Below are positions 61,901 through 64,000 of a DNA stretch of 64,000 nucleotides, piece by piece. The position numbers and the translations under genes were made by a program. The notes beneath the pieces are model-generated. The model was not told where the DNA came from, made no database searches, and saw nothing but the letters and a program-made list of their open reading frames with translations. How positions within the stretch are numbered: position 1 is the first letter of the stretch; each line of letters opens with the position of its first letter. The stretch is from Auanema rhodensis (lineage: Eukaryota > Animalia > Nematoda). The DNA lies in assembly GCA_964057225.1 (NCBI GenBank), contig OZ059896.1:12090001-12154000 (forward strand), given 5' to 3'.

Positions 61901-64000
61901 GATCATTAAAAAACATTTAAATTTCAATATTGTGATGCTCAAAAACTGAAACAGTTGAATATTTTGTAATTTCTAAACCATTTTACTCCATCGCTTTTAT
62001 TTAATTCCATATTTTAAACAATTTTATATTTCTACCGCTTTTTCATAATTTCATTTTTTAAATTTTTAATCATTAAAAAACATTTAAATTTCAATATTGT
62101 GATGCTCAAAAACTGAAACAGTTGAATATTTTGTAATTTCTAAACCATTTTACTCCATCTCTTTCATTTAATTCCATATTTTAAACAATTTTATATTTCT
62201 ACCACGAATTCATAACTTCATTTTTTAAATTTTTAATCATTAAAAAACATTTAAATTTCAATATTGTGATGCTCAAAAACTGAAACATTTAAATATTTTG
62301 TATTTTCTAAACCATTTCACTCCATCTCTTTCATTTAATTCCATATTTTAAACAATTTTATATTTCTACCACGAATTCATAACTTCATTTTTTAAATTTT
62401 TGATCATTAAAAAACATTTAAATTTCAATATTGTGATGCTCAAAAACTGAAACAGTTGAATATTTTGTAATTTCTAAACCATTTTACTCCATCGCTTTTA
62501 TTTAATCTCATATTTTAAACAATTTTATATTTCTACCGCTATTTCATAATTTCATTTTTTAAATTTTTAATCATTAAAAAACATTTAAATTTCAATATTG
62601 TGATGCTCAAAAACTGAAACAGTTGAATATTTTGTATTTTCTAAACCATTTTACTTCATATCTTTCATTTAATTCCATATTTTAAACAATTTTATATTTC
62701 TACCACGAATTCATAACTTCATTTTTTAAATTTTTAATCATTAAAAAACATTTAAATTTCAATATTGTGATGCTCAAAAACTGAAACAGTTGAATATTTT
62801 GTATTTTCTAAACCATTTTACTCCATCTATTTTATTTAATCCCACATTTTAAACAATTTTATATTTCTACCGCTGTTTCATAAATTCATTTTTTAAATTT
62901 TTAATCATTAAAAAACATATAAATTTCAATATTGTGATGCTCAAAAACTGAAACATTCAAATATTTTGTATTTTCTAAACCATTTCACTCCATCTCTTTC
63001 ATTTAATTCCATATTTTAAACAATTTTATATTTCTACCACGAATTCATAACTTCATTTTTTAAATTTTTAATCATTAAAAAACATTTAAATTTCAATATT
63101 GTGATGCTCAAAAACTGAAACAGTTGAATATTTTGTAATTTCTAAACCATTTTACTCCATCTCTTTCATTTAATTCCATATTTTAAACAATTTTATATTT
63201 CTACTGCTGTTTCATAAATTCATTTTTTAAATTTTTAATCATTAAAAAACATATAAATTTCAATATTGTGATGCTCAAAAACTGAAACATTTAAATATTT
63301 TGTATTTTCTAAACCATTTCACTCCATCTCTTTCATTTAATTCCATATTTTAAACAATTTTATATTTCTACCACGAATTCATAACTTCATTTTTTAAATT
63401 TTTGATCATTAAAAAACATTTAAATTTCAATATTGTGATGCTCAAAAACTGAAACAGTTGAATATTTTGTAATTTCTAAACCATTTTACTCCATCGCTTT
63501 TATTTAATTCCATATTATAAACAATTTTATATTTCTACCACGAATTCATAACTTCATTTTTTAAATTTTTAATCATTAAAAAACATTTAAATTTCAATAT
63601 TGTGATGCTCAAAAACTGAAACATTTAAATATTTTGTATTTTCTAAACCATTTTACTCCATCGCTTTTATTTAATCCCATATTTTAAACAATTTTATATT
63701 TCTACCACGAATTCATAACTTCATTTTTTAAATTTTTGATCATTAAAAAACATTTAAATTTCAATATTGTGATGCTCAAAAACTGAAACAGTTGAATATT
63801 TTGTATTTTCTAAACCATTTTACTCCATCGCTTTTTTATTTCTACCGCTATTTCATAAATTCATTTTTTAAATTTTTAATCATTAAAAAACATATAAATT
63901 TCAATATTGTGATGCTCAAAAACTGAAGCATTTAAATATTTTGTATTTTCTAAACCATTTCACTCCATCTCTTTCATTTAATTCCATATTTTAAACAATT
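55973..64000. repeat. 167-bp satellite array, continued (about 48 monomers, runs off the window)
   Basis: Same monomer, orientation and phase as to the left of the insertion. Confidence 0.98.

Overview
Eukaryotic, probably nematode, heterochromatin-like window. About 53 kb is one AT-rich tandem satellite with a 167-bp monomer, all in one orientation, about 320 monomers in total. It has a recurring 140-bp deletion variant and local higher-order duplications. Two copies of the same young BEL/Pao (Belpaoviridae, Cer-like) LTR retroelement sit on the minus strand. One is complete (47186-55972, 8787 bp), with 533-bp LTRs differing at one base, a 5-bp TGTGA target-site duplication and one intact 2578-aa Gag-PR-RT-RH-IN-Env ORF ending in phlebovirus-like Gn/Gc glycoproteins. 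The other is cut by the window start (1-1875: gag plus 5' LTR). The most unusual signal is in U5: a 21-nt segment complementary to the 5' end of tRNA-Gly(GCC). It lies 36 nt upstream of a short PBS complementary to the 3' end of the same tRNA and overlaps the first AUG of the polyprotein, which suggests a two-ended tRNA clamp or a 5'-tRF target. Also notable are a headless mini-Gn, an extra signal-peptide-led 71-aa module after Gc, and an ORF that begins inside the LTR. All counts and alignments were done by eye, and tRNA and viral reference sequences were recalled from memory.
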